This document shows, one piece after another, positions 47,930 through 59,221 of a stretch of 64,000 nucleotides of DNA. The notes under the pieces are model-generated. The model searched no databases. It was not told where the DNA came from and saw only the letters and a program-made list of their open reading frames with translations. Numbering within the stretch: position 1 is the stretch's first letter; every line of letters starts with the position of its first letter. The DNA lies in assembly GCA_030835405.1 (NCBI GenBank), contig JAURPG010000097.1, positions 8,479 to 72,478 on the forward strand, given 5' to 3'. This stretch comes from Gammaproteobacteria bacterium. Its GTDB lineage: Bacteria; Pseudomonadota; Gammaproteobacteria; Eutrophobiales; Eutrophobiaceae. Both the position numbers and the translations under genes were made by a program.

Positions 47930-50566
47930 TTATTTCTCAAGGGCATTAAAGATTTCATTTTTTAGCAGTTCAAAATCCGCGTCATTCTTTATCATTTCAT
48001 TATCTTTATTATGAATAAAGAATATATCTTCGATTCGTTCACCATAGGTGGCAATTTTAGCACCCAGTATTCTGGTTTTGCTTTTTTCCATGGCTGTCCC
48101 AATCGCTGCCAGAAAGCCTGGCCGGTCACTGGCGATGACTTCCATGATGGTGCGATTATTTTCCTCGTCCTGGGAAAAAATGACCCGGGTCTCAATGGGA
48201 AAATGCTTAAGTTTTCTTGAATTAAACCGTTTTGCGGTATTGATGGGATTATCAAAGAATGTTAAGTGGTTTTTTAATGTGGTGACAATTTGGTCTTTTC
48301 TGTCCTTTCCGGAGATCGAGTCTCCATCTTCTTCCAATACAATGAAAGTATCCAGGGTATATCCGTTTGAAGAGGTGATGACACGGGCATCAAGAATATT
48401 AAGATTCAATTGTCCCATGGATTTAACTGCCCTGGAAAAGATATTGTCATGATCATGCATGTAGATAAAAATTTCACTGGCACCACGGTCGGTCATTTCT
48501 CGAATCAGGATTAAGGGCAGTTTGTCATCACTAATCCTGGTGATGGCTTTTGTATGCCAGGCAATTTCATCAGGTGAATGCTGTATGAAATAGTCTTCAC
48601 CTAACTCGGACCAAAACTGAAAAATTTTATCAGATGATTTAAACTTGCCACCGAGTTGTTTAACTGCCTCAGCCTTTTGTTCCTCTATCCGTTCTTCTTT
48701 ATCAATCGGGTTTTCAAGGCCCCGTCTCAATGCTCGTTGTGTATTTTTATACAGGTCGATCATGAGAGCGGCTTTCCAGTTATTCCACAATTTTGGATTG
48801 GTCCCATTAATGTCTGCCACTGTCATGACATAAAGATAATTTAAATGCATTTCATCGCCAACGATACTGGCAAACCGATTTACTACCTCTGGATCGCTGA
48901 TGTCTTCACGTTGTGATGTTTTGGACATTAATAGATGGTTTTCCACCAACCATGCAACCATTCTGGAATCAAATTCACTCAATTGGTGATTGCGGCAAAA
49001 ATATAAAGCATCCTGCTTTCCCTGTTCCGAATGATCACCACCACGGCCTTTGGCAATATCATGAAATAAACCGGCCAGGTAAAGGATTTCCTGTTTTGGC
49101 AATTCCTGCATTAGCTGGCAGGCCAGGGGGAACTTCTCCATATAACTTTCCATGGAGAAGTTTCTCATCTTTTGTACCACTGAGAGGATATGTTCATCCA
49201 CGGTATAGACGTGAAACAGGTCAAACTGCATGAGTCCTTCAATAGCGGAAAATTCTGGCAAATATGCCCCCAGCACACCATAGCGGTGCATGCGACGAAG
49301 TTCGTGACCAATTCGCCTGGGTTGTCGAATGATTTCCATGAACAGACTCTTGTTTCTTATGTCGTTTCTAAAATCATCATCGATCAGATCCAGAGACTCC
49401 CGGATTTTTCTTATGGTGCTGGCACGAACACCGACTATTTTCGGTTTTTGCTGTTTGATGAGAAACAATTCGAGCAAGGCAAAGGGATAATTTTTAAATA
49501 TGTTTTCATGTGTGACTTCCAGGAAATCATTCCTGATCTGAAAGCGTTTATTAATAGTAACTATCTTTTCTTTTCTTTTTGCATAGATAATCACTTCTTC
49601 AAAATGCTGTAAAAGCATTTCATTTAACCGGCTTAATTCAGAAATCGTTGAATAATACCTCCGCATAAAATTTTCTATAGCGGAATTATCTTGCGATGAA
49701 TATCCAAATTTTTCCGCAACCATACGTTGAAATTCAAACAGCAGTCTGTCCTCGCGTCGCCCGGTCAGGTAGTGCAAGGCATACCTGACTTTAGACAGAA
49801 AGTTATGGCCGGAATTGAGAATTTCAAATTCTTCCCGGGTTAGAAAATTATGGGTAACCAGGTCTTCAAGTTTTTCCACGCTGAAATGGCGCATGGCTAC
49901 CCAGTAAATCATCTGAATATCGCGCAGCCCACCAGGTCCTTCCTTGATATTTGGTTCAAGGTTGTGATCGGTATCATTAAAGCGCTGATGTCTTTCTTTC
50001 TGCTCGTTATATTTGGATTCAAAAAACTTTCTGGTTTTCCAGATTTTATTGGGACCAGTTTGTATTTTCATGCTGGAATACAGATCTTCATGTCCCGTTA
50101 GAAGGCGTGATTCCATAATATTGGTAGCCACAGTGATGTCAGATTTAGCTTCCCGTATACAATCTTTGACTGCTCTCACACTGTGACCAACCTCCAGGCC
50201 AATGTCCCATAGAAATCTGACAAAAGACTCAATCTCCGACTGGATATCAGGCTTGATTTTTGGCGGTTGAATTATCATAAGATCGATATCAGAGCCGGGA
50301 TAGAGTTCCCCACGGCCATATCCACCTACAGCGGCCAGAGATAACTGATCATTATGAATATTGACGTTCCAGGCCTTGAGTAAAATCAGGTCAATCAGCC
50401 GTGCACGGTCAGATAGTAGACTGACGATTGCCACCCCATCATCAAACTGCTTATTAAATACTTCATTTCCTTCTCTTAATACTTGCTTAAACAAGGGCAG
50501 GGCAGACGCAGTTGTCTTAAAGTCCTGATCCAGGACTTCTAAATTAAACAGTTTGGAATTTTTCAT
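47930..50566 (-). CDS. glnD: PII uridylyltransferase/uridylyl-removing enzyme
   Basis: AVGGYGRGELYPGSDIDL, EPNIKEGPGGLRD, HD domain (YTVDEH, FHDIAKGRGGDH) and two ACT domains. Confidence 0.96.
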   Translation of the reverse strand: MKNSKLFNLEVLDQDFKTTASALPLFKQVLREGNEVFNKQFDDGVAIVSLLSDRARLIDLILLKAWNVNIHNDQLSLAAVGGYGRGELYPGSDIDLMIIQPPKIKPDIQSEIESFVRFLWDIGLEVGHSVRAVKDCIREAKSDITVATNIMESRLLTGHEDLYSSMKIQTGPNKIWKTRKFFESKYNEQKERHQRFNDTDHNLEPNIKEGPGGLRDIQMIYWVAMRHFSVEKLEDLVTHNFLTREEFEILNSGHNFLSKVRYALHYLTGRREDRLLFEFQRMVAEKFGYSSQDNSAIENFMRRYYSTISELSRLNEMLLQHFEEVIIYAKRKEKIVTINKRFQIRNDFLEVTHENIFKNYPFALLELFLIKQQKPKIVGVRASTIRKIRESLDLIDDDFRNDIRNKSLFMEIIRQPRRIGHELRRMHRYGVLGAYLPEFSAIEGLMQFDLFHVYTVDEHILSVVQKMRNFSMESYMEKFPLACQLMQELPKQEILYLAGLFHDIAKGRGGDHSEQGKQDALYFCRNHQLSEFDSRMVAWLVENHLLMSKTSQREDISDPEVVNRFASIVGDEMHLNYLYVMTVADINGTNPKLWNNWKAALMIDLYKNTQRALRRGLENPIDKEERIEEQKAEAVKQLGGKFKSSDKIFQFWSELGEDYFIQHSPDEIAWHTKAITRISDDKLPLILIREMTDRGASEIFIYMHDHDNIFSRAVKSMGQLNLNILDARVITSSNGYTLDTFIVLEEDGDSISGKDRKDQIVTTLKNHLTFFDNPINTAKRFNSRKLKHFPIETRVIFSQDEENNRTIMEVIASDRPGFLAAIGTAMEKSKTRILGAKIATYGERIEDIFFIHNKDNEMIKNDADFELLKNEIFNALEK

Positions 50567-50584
50567 CAGATGGATAGAAAAAAT

Positions 50585-51352
50585 TTAAAATACTTCATCA
50601 GGACGTCGGGTGAGAACTTCTACTCCATCATGAGTAACGAGTACGGTGTGTTCCCACTGGGCAGATAACGAGCGGTCTCGGGTTACCACCGTCCAGTTAT
50701 CAGGGAGTAGTTTTACCTGCCGATTACCACTATTTATCATGGGTTCAATGGTAAATGTCATCCCCTCGGCCAGTTTCAGCCCGGATCCTGCCTCGCCATA
50801 ATGCAGGACTTGTGGATCTTCATGAAACACCCGGCCAATTCCATGGCCGCAATATTCCCTGACCACGCTATAGTTAGCCGCTTCAGCATGTTTTTGTATG
50901 GCGTGCCCAATGTCCCCCAGATGAACTCCTGGTTTGACCATTGAAATCCCCAGTTTTAGACATTCATAAGTGGTCTCTACCAGACGTTTGGCCTTGATTG
51001 ACGGGTTCCCAACAAAGAACATTTTACTGGTGTCGCCATGAAAATCATCTTTGATAACAGTAATGTCTATATTGATGATGTCACCATCTTTCAGCTTTTT
51101 GTCACCTGGTATGCCGTGACAGACGACATGATTGACTGAAGTACAAATGGATTTTGGAAATCCTTTATAGTTCAGGGGGGCAGGTATTGCCTGTTGCACA
51201 TTGACAATATAGTCATGGCAGATCTTGTCCAGTTCATCGGTGGTAATACCCGGATTTACATGTTCTTCGATCATTTCCAGGACTTGTGAAGCCAGTTTCC
51301 CGGCAACCCTCATTTTTTCGATTTCATCCAAATTTTTTATTGTAACAGCCAT
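50585..51352 (-). CDS. map: Methionine aminopeptidase type I
   Basis: CTSVNHVVCHGIP, NIDITV, GDTS, CGHGIG, FTIEPMIN and SAQWEHT motifs. Confidence 0.97.
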   Translation of the reverse strand: MAVTIKNLDEIEKMRVAGKLASQVLEMIEEHVNPGITTDELDKICHDYIVNVQQAIPAPLNYKGFPKSICTSVNHVVCHGIPGDKKLKDGDIINIDITVIKDDFHGDTSKMFFVGNPSIKAKRLVETTYECLKLGISMVKPGVHLGDIGHAIQKHAEAANYSVVREYCGHGIGRVFHEDPQVLHYGEAGSGLKLAEGMTFTIEPMINSGNRQVKLLPDNWTVVTRDRSLSAQWEHTVLVTHDGVEVLTRRPDEVF

Positions 51353-51397
51353 TTTTCATCCATTTTAAGCAAGAAAGTTGTTGCCAGCGCCCGTCTA

Positions 51398-51414
51398 TGG
51401 TATAAAGCGCCCGC
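51398..51414 (+). promoter_or_regulatory. rpsB-tsf extended -10 promoter with GC-rich discriminator
   Basis: TGGTATAAA followed by GCGCCCGC, matching the conserved gammaproteobacterial rpsB promoter pattern. Confidence 0.75.
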
Positions 51415-51432
51415 TAATTAGGCAATCTTAAA

Positions 51433-51520
51433 CAACACACGCACAGACAAATTCATATATGGGGTGCTCATCCGGAATACCGGCAGGGTCATTATATGAA
51501 ATGTGCGGAGGCTTAACCCT
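51433..51520 (+). ncRNA. rpsB 5' leader (t44 / S2 autoregulatory element)
   Basis: CACACGCAC...GGGGTG...GGGTC...GTGCGGAGGCTTAACCC pattern directly upstream of the rpsB RBS; boundaries approximate. Confidence 0.75.
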
Positions 51521-51534
51521 AAAGGAGAATAGAA

Positions 51535-52653
51535 ATGTCAACTGTCAGCATGCGTGAAATGCTGGAAGCGGGTGTGCATTTTGGCCACCAAACACGCTTC
51601 TGGAACCCCAAAATGGGGCCTTATTTATACGGTCAACGTAATCGTATTCACATCATCAATCTGGAAAAAACCCTACCTCTTATTAACGATGCAGTCAATT
51701 TCGCCGGAAAGACCGCATCAAAAAAAGGCAAAATCTTATTTGTTGGTACTAAACGTGCTGCACAGAAGATTGTACATGAGGAGGCAGCTCGATGTGGGAT
51801 GCCCTATATCAATCGACGCTGGTTAGGCGGTTTATTAACAAATTTCAAAACAGTTAAGCAATCGATTAACCGTCTTAAAGTGTTGGAAGCCATGGAATTA
51901 GATGGCAGTTTTGAGAAAATCAGTAAAAAGGAAGGACTGTTGCTGCAACGTGAAAAAGAAAAGTTGCATAACAACCTTGCCGGAATTAAAGATATGCCCG
52001 GCATACCTGATGTGATGTTTGTGATCGATGTAGGATATGAAGATATCGCTGTGAGTGAAGCGGTAAAACTTGGAATACCGGTGATCGGCGTCGTCGACAG
52101 TAATAATGATCCAAAAGGTGTTGATTATGTTATTCCGGGGAATGATGACGCTATCAGGTCTATACAACTATATTGCAAGTCAATTGCTGATGCAGTTTTA
52201 GAAGGAAAAGAATCCATTTCTCACCTCGGTGATTCTGGTGATGCTGACGACTTTGTTGAACTTGACGAAGAAGGCGCACCGGTGATGAAAGATGATTCAA
52301 AAAAACCAAAAGCAACTGTAAAGAAAAAACCTGTCAAGAAAGTCTCAGCCCCTGTTGAAAAGACTGAGTCTGATAAAGTTGAAGAGACTCCTGCAGATCA
52401 GACAGAAAGCTCTACTGAAGACGAAAAAGCATCTGCCGGTGATACTAACAGTGATGCAGAGGTAAAGGCTGAAACCAAGGCTGACGATCCAACTGACGAT
52501 TCTTCAGAAGAAGAAGCCGAAAAGAAGGTAACCAAGAAAAAGGCTGCAAAAAAGAAGACTGCCAAGAAAACCACAACAAAAAAAGCAACTACAAAAAAAG
52601 CAACTACAAAAAAGACAGCAGCCAAAAAGAAAACCACTAAAGCAAGTGATTAA
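51535..52653 (+). CDS. rpsB: 30S ribosomal protein S2 with long C-terminal extension
   Basis: [28 protein letters not shown] and [10 protein letters not shown] motifs; about 140 extra C-terminal residues. Confidence 0.97.
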   Translation: MSTVSMREMLEAGVHFGHQTRFWNPKMGPYLYGQRNRIHIINLEKTLPLINDAVNFAGKTASKKGKILFVGTKRAAQKIVHEEAARCGMPYINRRWLGGLLTNFKTVKQSINRLKVLEAMELDGSFEKISKKEGLLLQREKEKLHNNLAGIKDMPGIPDVMFVIDVGYEDIAVSEAVKLGIPVIGVVDSNNDPKGVDYVIPGNDDAIRSIQLYCKSIADAVLEGKESISHLGDSGDADDFVELDEEGAPVMKDDSKKPKATVKKKPVKKVSAPVEKTESDKVEETPADQTESSTEDEKASAGDTNSDAEVKAETKADDPTDDSSEEEAEKKVTKKKAAKKKTAKKTTTKKATTKKATTKKTAAKKKTTKASD

Positions 52654-52677
52654 TTAATCATATATACAGGATACAAA

Positions 52678-53556
52678 ATGGAAATAACTGCATCACTAGT
52701 TAAAGAATTACGTGAACGCACCGGCGCCGGAATGATGGATTGTAAAAAGGCCCTTACGGAAGCTGATGGTGATATTGAAACAGCAATAGAGAATATGCGT
52801 AAATCAGGAATGGCCAAAGCTGCAAAAAAGGCCGGTCGAGTCGCCGCTGAGGGCGTTGTCATCATCCAGCAATCTGCAGATAAAAAACAGTCGGTAATTC
52901 TGGAGACCAATTGTGAAACTGATTTTGTTGCAAAGGATGATAATTTCACCGCGTTTGCAAATGCTGTTGCTGAAGTAATTCTAGAAGAAAAACCGGCATC
53001 AGTGGATGATCTCTTACAGTTGTCGATAAATGGTAAAACAATCGAAGATCAACGAACAGAACTGGTTTCGAAGATTGGCGAAAATATTTCTATTAGACGA
53101 TTCATGAATATTTCGCATGATGGGGTCGTCGGCAGTTATCTTCATGGCGTGAGAATTGGTGTAGTCGTAGACTTAACCGGGGGTGATAGTGAGCTCGCAA
53201 AAGATATCGCCATGCATATAGCAGCCAGTAAACCGGTGTGTGTGAAATCAGAAGATGTGCCCGAAACTTTACTTGAAAAAGAAAAGGCTGTTTTCAAGGC
53301 TCAGGCAGAAGAAAGTGGAAAACCGGCTGACATAATAGAAAAAATGGTAACTGGTCGGGTCAACAAGTTTCTTAAGGAAGTGACCTTGCTGGGACAACCT
53401 TTTGTAAAAGACCCAGACATGACAGTAGAAAAATTATTAAAGTCAAAAGATGCGACTGTTAATATGTTTGTTCGATACGAAGTTGGCGAGGGTGTGGAAA
53501 AGAAAGAAGATAACTTTGTGGAAGAAGTTATGGCGCAGGCCAAAGGATCTGATTAA
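52678..53556 (+). CDS. tsf: Elongation factor Ts
   Basis: [28 protein letters not shown] and AMHIAA motifs. Confidence 0.98.
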   Translation: MEITASLVKELRERTGAGMMDCKKALTEADGDIETAIENMRKSGMAKAAKKAGRVAAEGVVIIQQSADKKQSVILETNCETDFVAKDDNFTAFANAVAEVILEEKPASVDDLLQLSINGKTIEDQRTELVSKIGENISIRRFMNISHDGVVGSYLHGVRIGVVVDLTGGDSELAKDIAMHIAASKPVCVKSEDVPETLLEKEKAVFKAQAEESGKPADIIEKMVTGRVNKFLKEVTLLGQPFVKDPDMTVEKLLKSKDATVNMFVRYEVGEGVEKKEDNFVEEVMAQAKGSD

Positions 53557-53561
53557 ATACT

Positions 53562-54287
53562 TTGACTGAAAACTCCCCAGAAATTAAGTATAAAAGAATT
53601 CTGCTCAAGCTCAGCGGCGAAGCCCTTATGGGTGATGCTGAGCATGGTATTGATCCTGGTGTTCTGAATCGAATTGCTGGAGAGGTTAAAGAATTAAAAG
53701 CTGTAGGGGTAGAAGTTGCCATAGTAGTAGGCGCAGGTAATTATTTCCGCGGTGCAGGCCTTGCAGCATCAGGAATTGATCGGGTAACTGCGGACCAAAT
53801 GGGTATGATTGCAACGATTATTAATTCCCTTGCCATGCAGGATGCCCTGGAGCGAATTGATTTATATGCTCGAGTGATGTCAGCTATAAAAATTAACCAG
53901 GTCTGTGAGGACTTTATACGTAGGCGGGCAATCAGACACCTTGAAAAGGGCCGAGTGGTCATTTTTGCCGCAGGAACAGGAAATCCTTTTTTTACTACAG
54001 ACTCTGCAGCTAGTCTCAGGGCTGTTGAGATTAATGCAAATCTATTAATTAAGGCTACAAAAGTTGACGGGGTATATTCGGCAGACCCTGTAAAAGACCA
54101 GTTAGCAACCCGTTATCAAACCCTTGAATATGATGAAGTCATAGAGAAGAAACTCGAAGTGATGGACACCACTGCGGTAGTCTTATGCCGTGATAATGGA
54201 ATGCCACTGCGAGTACTTGATATGATGAAACCGGGTGCACTAATGCGCGCCGCAAAAGGGCTGGACGAAGGAACTCTGGTCTCTTAA
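53562..54287 (+). CDS. pyrH: UMP kinase
   Basis: [24 protein letters not shown] and KATKVDGVY motifs; TTG start. Confidence 0.97.
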   Translation: MTENSPEIKYKRILLKLSGEALMGDAEHGIDPGVLNRIAGEVKELKAVGVEVAIVVGAGNYFRGAGLAASGIDRVTADQMGMIATIINSLAMQDALERIDLYARVMSAIKINQVCEDFIRRRAIRHLEKGRVVIFAAGTGNPFFTTDSAASLRAVEINANLLIKATKVDGVYSADPVKDQLATRYQTLEYDEVIEKKLEVMDTTAVVLCRDNGMPLRVLDMMKPGALMRAAKGLDEGTLVS

Positions 54288-54357
54288 GGCATACATTATA
54301 TAATAATGCTAAAGTAATTCTTAGATTAACCATTATGAGCCATTCTGGAGAACTTGC

Positions 54358-54915
54358 ATGATCGAAGATATTATTCATGACGCCGATAAGCGGATGAAAA
54401 AAAGTCTCGATAATCTGAAAAATGAATTATCCAAAATCAGGTCAGGCCGCGCCCATCCCAGTTTATTGGAACATGTGACCGTTTCATATTATGGCAGTGA
54501 CGTTCCCATTAGCCAGGTGGCGTCGGTAAGTGTGCTTGATGCCAGGACACTGAATGTATCAGTATGGGATAAAGGCGCTTATGCAGATGTAGAAAAGGCT
54601 ATTCTAACCTCAGATCTCGGACTAAATCCTGTCTCGACTGGAGACTCATTGAAAGTTCCATTACCACCATTGACTGAAGAACGACGAAAAGAGTTAATAA
54701 AAGTTGTTCGCTCTGAAGTGGAACATGGCCGTGTTGCTGTAAGAAATATACGCAGGGATGCAAATAATCATCTAAAGGACCTGGTGAAAGAAAAAGAAAT
54801 ATCTGAAGATGAACAGCATCGCGCAGAAGACAGGGTGCAAAAAATCACAGATGCCAGTATTGATGAAATAGAAAAATTACTTAATACCAAGGAAGAGGAA
54901 TTAATGGAGATCTAA
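54358..54915 (+). CDS. frr: Ribosome recycling factor
   Basis: [29 protein letters not shown] and RNIRRDAN motifs; 185 aa. Confidence 0.98.
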   Translation: MIEDIIHDADKRMKKSLDNLKNELSKIRSGRAHPSLLEHVTVSYYGSDVPISQVASVSVLDARTLNVSVWDKGAYADVEKAILTSDLGLNPVSTGDSLKVPLPPLTEERRKELIKVVRSEVEHGRVAVRNIRRDANNHLKDLVKEKEISEDEQHRAEDRVQKITDASIDEIEKLLNTKEEELMEI

Positions 54916-54985
54916 CCTGAGATAAACTGAGTAATCAAATTACGTTTAATCCAATAATTTTCAGTTTTTTCAGAGTATTTCCAAC

Positions 54986-55714
54986 ATGCCAGATACCACC
55001 CCACCTAAACATATTGCGATAATAATGGATGGTAATGGTCGTTGGGCAACCCAACGCGGCCTGCCGAGAAGTGCCGGACATAAAAAAGGTGTCAACGCAT
55101 TAAAAGACGTTGTTAAATTTTGTGCCAAAGAAAAAATAGAAGTACTTACGGTTTTTGCTTTCAGTAGTGAAAACTGGAAAAGGCCAAAACAGGAAGTTGA
55201 AGTATTAATGGACCTGTTCCTGTCCGCATTAAAAAGCGAAGTAGATGAACTTCATGTGAATAATGTGACTTTGAAGTTTATTGGAGATCGCAATGGTTTT
55301 CCTTCAAAGCTCACAGACATGATTCGTAATACCGAATTACAAACAGAAAATAATTCCGGGTTAAAATTATTTGTTGCTGCCAATTATGGTGGTAGGTGGG
55401 ATATTGTACAGGCCTGCAGGCATTTGGCTGATGATGTTCTAAATGGGAAATTGAGCGTTTCTGAAATTGATGAATCAAGGATATCAGATCAACTGTCCCT
55501 GTCAGAATGTTCTGAACCGGATCTCTTCATTCGTACCGGTGGGGAACAACGAATCAGTAATTTTCTATTATGGCAATGTGCCTATTCTGAATTATATTTC
55601 TGTGAAGATTTGTGGCCGGATTTTTCACCGGCACATCTACAGAAGGCTCTTCAATGGTATGCAGGGCGGCAACGTCGATTTGGTTTGACTACGCAACAGA
55701 TTGAAAGTCATTAA
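54986..55714 (+). CDS. uppS: Undecaprenyl diphosphate synthase
   Basis: HIAIIMDGNGRWA, FAFSSENWKRP and IRTGGEQRISNFLLWQ motifs. Confidence 0.97.
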   Translation: MPDTTPPKHIAIIMDGNGRWATQRGLPRSAGHKKGVNALKDVVKFCAKEKIEVLTVFAFSSENWKRPKQEVEVLMDLFLSALKSEVDELHVNNVTLKFIGDRNGFPSKLTDMIRNTELQTENNSGLKLFVAANYGGRWDIVQACRHLADDVLNGKLSVSEIDESRISDQLSLSECSEPDLFIRTGGEQRISNFLLWQCAYSELYFCEDLWPDFSPAHLQKALQWYAGRQRRFGLTTQQIESH

Positions 55715-55715
55715 T

Positions 55716-56543
55716 ATGCTTTGGCAAAGGGTAATTACCGCACTGATTCTGGTTCCGCTGGTATTGTTTGGATTAATTTACGGGGGCACACAGTGGGTTG
55801 CATTGGTAACTGGTATCATTATTGCTGTTGCCGCCAGGGAATGGGCTAACCTTTCAAAATTGACCAAACCCTACCAGTATATTTGTTATATTTTAGTCAT
55901 ATTGCTCTGTCTAGCCGGCACATACTTTATCCGCCAGCAACAATTTTCCATGTTAGTCATTTATGCAGGAGTAATATGGTGGTTAATGGCGTCTGGTCTG
56001 ATTATTAAAGCTGAAATATCTGGTGAATTACCCCTTTTAAACCGCCAGGTTAAGGTGGTTGCCGGCATGTTAACCCTGGTGCCATCCTGGTTAGGCCTGG
56101 TTATCCTTCACAGAGGCGGTGACTTTGGTGATCGATTTTTACTGATATTCTTATTTATGCTGATTTGGTCAGCAGACATATTTGGTTATTTTTGTGGAAA
56201 AAAATGGGGTAAACACAAGATTGCGCCGTTGGTCAGTCCGGGAAAGACCTGGCAAGGGGCTGCAGGTGCCATGATAGGGTGTAGTGCGATCAGTATTGGC
56301 TTTTCCATTAACAAACAATTTCAACTATCTGAAACTATTATATTTTTGGTAATATGCCTGGCCACAGTCCTGATATCAATAATTGGTGATTTAATGGAAA
56401 GCCTCCTAAAACGTAATGCAAATGTCAAAGACAGTGGCACCCTGTTACCGGGCCATGGTGGTGTGCTGGACAGAATTGACAGTTTTACAGCTGCTAGCCC
56501 GGTATTTTTGGCTTTGATTAGCCTGTCAGGTGTTTATACATGA
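55716..56543 (+). CDS. cdsA: Phosphatidate cytidylyltransferase
   Basis: MLWQRVITA start, [15 protein letters not shown] and [19 protein letters not shown] motifs. Confidence 0.96.
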   Translation: MLWQRVITALILVPLVLFGLIYGGTQWVALVTGIIIAVAAREWANLSKLTKPYQYICYILVILLCLAGTYFIRQQQFSMLVIYAGVIWWLMASGLIIKAEISGELPLLNRQVKVVAGMLTLVPSWLGLVILHRGGDFGDRFLLIFLFMLIWSADIFGYFCGKKWGKHKIAPLVSPGKTWQGAAGAMIGCSAISIGFSINKQFQLSETIIFLVICLATVLISIIGDLMESLLKRNANVKDSGTLLPGHGGVLDRIDSFTAASPVFLALISLSGVYT

Positions 56544-57721
56544 AGGGTATCAGTATATTGGGAGCCACCGGCAGTATTGGTCTTAGTACCCTTAGTGTTC
56601 TCGAGCAGCATCCCGGGAAATTTCAATTGATCGCCCTGACAGCGGATAAAAATGTAGAAAAGCTCCATGAGCTATGCCTCACCTGGCATCCAAAATATGC
56701 GGTAATGGCAGATAAAAAATCTGCGGATAAATTGAGAGATTTATTGTCTAACTACGATACGGACATCGAAGTACTCGGTGGCCAGGATGGCCTTGTCACC
56801 GTGGCCAGTCTGCCTGAAACGGATTATGTCATGGCGGCTATTGTTGGTGCTGCCGGGCTCATACCCACCCTGGCCGCTGCCAGGGCAGGGAAAAGGGTAT
56901 TGCTGGCAAATAAAGAGTCACTGGTGATGTCCGGGCAATTATTTATGGATGCCATACATGAAAATGGGGCTGAGTTACTACCCATTGACAGTGAACATAA
57001 TGCAATTTTTCAGTGTATGCCAACAAACCTGGACAAGAATCTCAACAATATGGGAATTACGAAAATTTTAATCACAGCATCAGGCGGCCCATTCAGATGT
57101 ACTCCCATTCAGGAACTCTCTGCTGTGACACCGGAACAGGCCTGCAATCATCCAAACTGGGACATGGGTAAAAAGATCTCGGTGGATTCTGCAACCATGA
57201 TGAACAAGGGGTTGGAGATCATTGAAGCCTGTTGGTTATTCAATGCTGAGCCTGAACAAATTCAGGTAGTCATTCACCCTCAAAGCGTGATCCATTCCAT
57301 GGTGGAATATGAAGATGGGTCAATCCTTGCGCAACTGGGTAATCCTGATATGCGTACACCTATTGCTCATGCCCTGGCCTGGCCGGAAAGAATTCCATCA
57401 GGTGTCAGGTCTTTAGATCTATTTGATATTGCGAGACTTGATTTTGAGGAAGCAGATCTGCAACGGTTTCCCTGTTTGAATCTTGCAGCTGATGCTATGC
57501 GGGCAGGTGGAACATCGACAACTATATTAAATGCAGCCAATGAAGTGGCTGTATTTCAATTTCTGCAAGGCAGTATCAAGTTTACGGATATTTCCAGAAT
57601 AGTTGAAATGACATTGACTCATATACAACCGGCCATCGCTGATAGCATAGAATGTGTACTTGATGCAGACATGTCAGCCAGGCGACACTCAGAACAGCTT
57701 GCAAGGGAACTGGCAGCATGA
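56540..57721 (+). CDS. dxr: 1-deoxy-D-xylulose-5-phosphate reductoisomerase
   Basis: [45 protein letters not shown] and NAANE motifs. Confidence 0.98.
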   Translation: MKGISILGATGSIGLSTLSVLEQHPGKFQLIALTADKNVEKLHELCLTWHPKYAVMADKKSADKLRDLLSNYDTDIEVLGGQDGLVTVASLPETDYVMAAIVGAAGLIPTLAAARAGKRVLLANKESLVMSGQLFMDAIHENGAELLPIDSEHNAIFQCMPTNLDKNLNNMGITKILITASGGPFRCTPIQELSAVTPEQACNHPNWDMGKKISVDSATMMNKGLEIIEACWLFNAEPEQIQVVIHPQSVIHSMVEYEDGSILAQLGNPDMRTPIAHALAWPERIPSGVRSLDLFDIARLDFEEADLQRFPCLNLAADAMRAGGTSTTILNAANEVAVFQFLQGSIKFTDISRIVEMTLTHIQPAIADSIECVLDADMSARRHSEQLARELAA

Positions 57722-59169
57722 TGGATTTAATTCAATCGATTCTGGCTTTTATCCTGGCTCTGGGCATCCTCATTACCTTTCATGAATTTGGACATTACTG
57801 GGTAGCCAAAAAATGTAATGTCAAAATACTCAGATTTTCAGTTGGATTTGGGAAACCGATTTGGCGCTTTGATTTCAATGCACCCTGGTGGCATCTTGGG
57901 TTTACCAATCCCCCCTGGAAATCCGGCGTCACCAATATTTTTAAACAACGGGATTTTGACCCCGAGGAGACAGAATTTGTCCTGGCCGGATTGCCGTTGG
58001 GTGGATATGTGAAAATGCTGGATGAACGTGAAGGTACTGTTTTGCCTGATCAGCTTGATCATGCGTTTAATCGTAAACCGCTGGTTCAACGCCTGGCTAT
58101 TGTACTCGCCGGACCTGTTTTCAATTTTATCTTTGCGATTTTTGCCTACTGGATGATTTACATGATCGGTGTATCTGGATTAAAACCCATAATCGATGAA
58201 GTCGATCCTCAATCTCTAGCAATGGAGGCGGGATTTCAGGACGGTGATCAAATTATTGAGATTGACTCAACACCTGTTCGTACCTGGACATCAACCGTTG
58301 ACATGCTGGTTCCTGGGATTGTGGATGCCAAGACACTCCAGGTACAGGTAATGAATTCAAATAATGCCAGTCGTTTCCTTGAGCTGGATTTATCCGGTAT
58401 CAGTATTGATGATATGGCATCGGGAGGGTTATTGAGTAAAATCGGTATGGAGCCACGGGTCCCGGAACTTCCGGCGGTATTAGGTGAAATCTCTCCAGGT
58501 GGTGCAGCAGAACTGGCAGGACTGCGCCCGGGAGATAGAGTCATCGGTATGGATAATAACCGGATTTCCACATGGCTGGAATGGGTGGAATATGTCCGTG
58601 CCAATCCTGAAACCTTGATAAACGTAGAAATTGAGCGAGAAGAGGCAACTTTGTTGCTGGAACTCACTCCACAGGCCATCGAACAGGACAACGGAGAAAT
58701 TATTGGTAGAATAGGCGCGGCATTTGATACCAGTTTTCGTCCAGATGGGACATATTATGCACTGGATTCCTATTCACTAGTCCCGGCCCTGGTCAAGGCA
58801 TTTGATAGGACATTGGAAGTATCTGTGATGACCTTGCAAATATTAGGTAAAATGCTGGTTGGTGAAGCATCTGTAAAAAATCTGAGTGGACCAATAACCA
58901 TTGCCAAGTATGCCGGAGATACCGCCGGGCTTGGAATCGTCGCCTTTTTAGGATTTCTTGCGATAGTTAGCGTAAGCCTCGGGGTATTAAATTTACTCCC
59001 TATACCATTACTGGATGGTGGGCATGTGCTGTTTTATCTGATTGAGGGAATAAAAGGTAGCCCACCTTCAGAATCATTACAGGTTATGGGGCAACAGCTG
59101 GGTCTGGTATTATTGCTCAGCCTGATGGGACTGGCCCTGTATAACGATATTATCCGGGTGATTGGATAA
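57718..59169 (+). CDS. rseP: Site-2 intramembrane metalloprotease RseP
   Basis: [13 protein letters not shown], two PDZ domains and [11 protein letters not shown]. Confidence 0.96.
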   Translation: MMDLIQSILAFILALGILITFHEFGHYWVAKKCNVKILRFSVGFGKPIWRFDFNAPWWHLGFTNPPWKSGVTNIFKQRDFDPEETEFVLAGLPLGGYVKMLDEREGTVLPDQLDHAFNRKPLVQRLAIVLAGPVFNFIFAIFAYWMIYMIGVSGLKPIIDEVDPQSLAMEAGFQDGDQIIEIDSTPVRTWTSTVDMLVPGIVDAKTLQVQVMNSNNASRFLELDLSGISIDDMASGGLLSKIGMEPRVPELPAVLGEISPGGAAELAGLRPGDRVIGMDNNRISTWLEWVEYVRANPETLINVEIEREEATLLLELTPQAIEQDNGEIIGRIGAAFDTSFRPDGTYYALDSYSLVPALVKAFDRTLEVSVMTLQILGKMLVGEASVKNLSGPITIAKYAGDTAGLGIVAFLGFLAIVSVSLGVLNLLPIPLLDGGHVLFYLIEGIKGSPPSESLQVMGQQLGLVLLLSLMGLALYNDIIRVIG

Positions 59170-59221
59170 TTAAAAATAAAACGTAAACAAAAACCATAAA
59201 CATACGTTGGCTCAAGTATTC

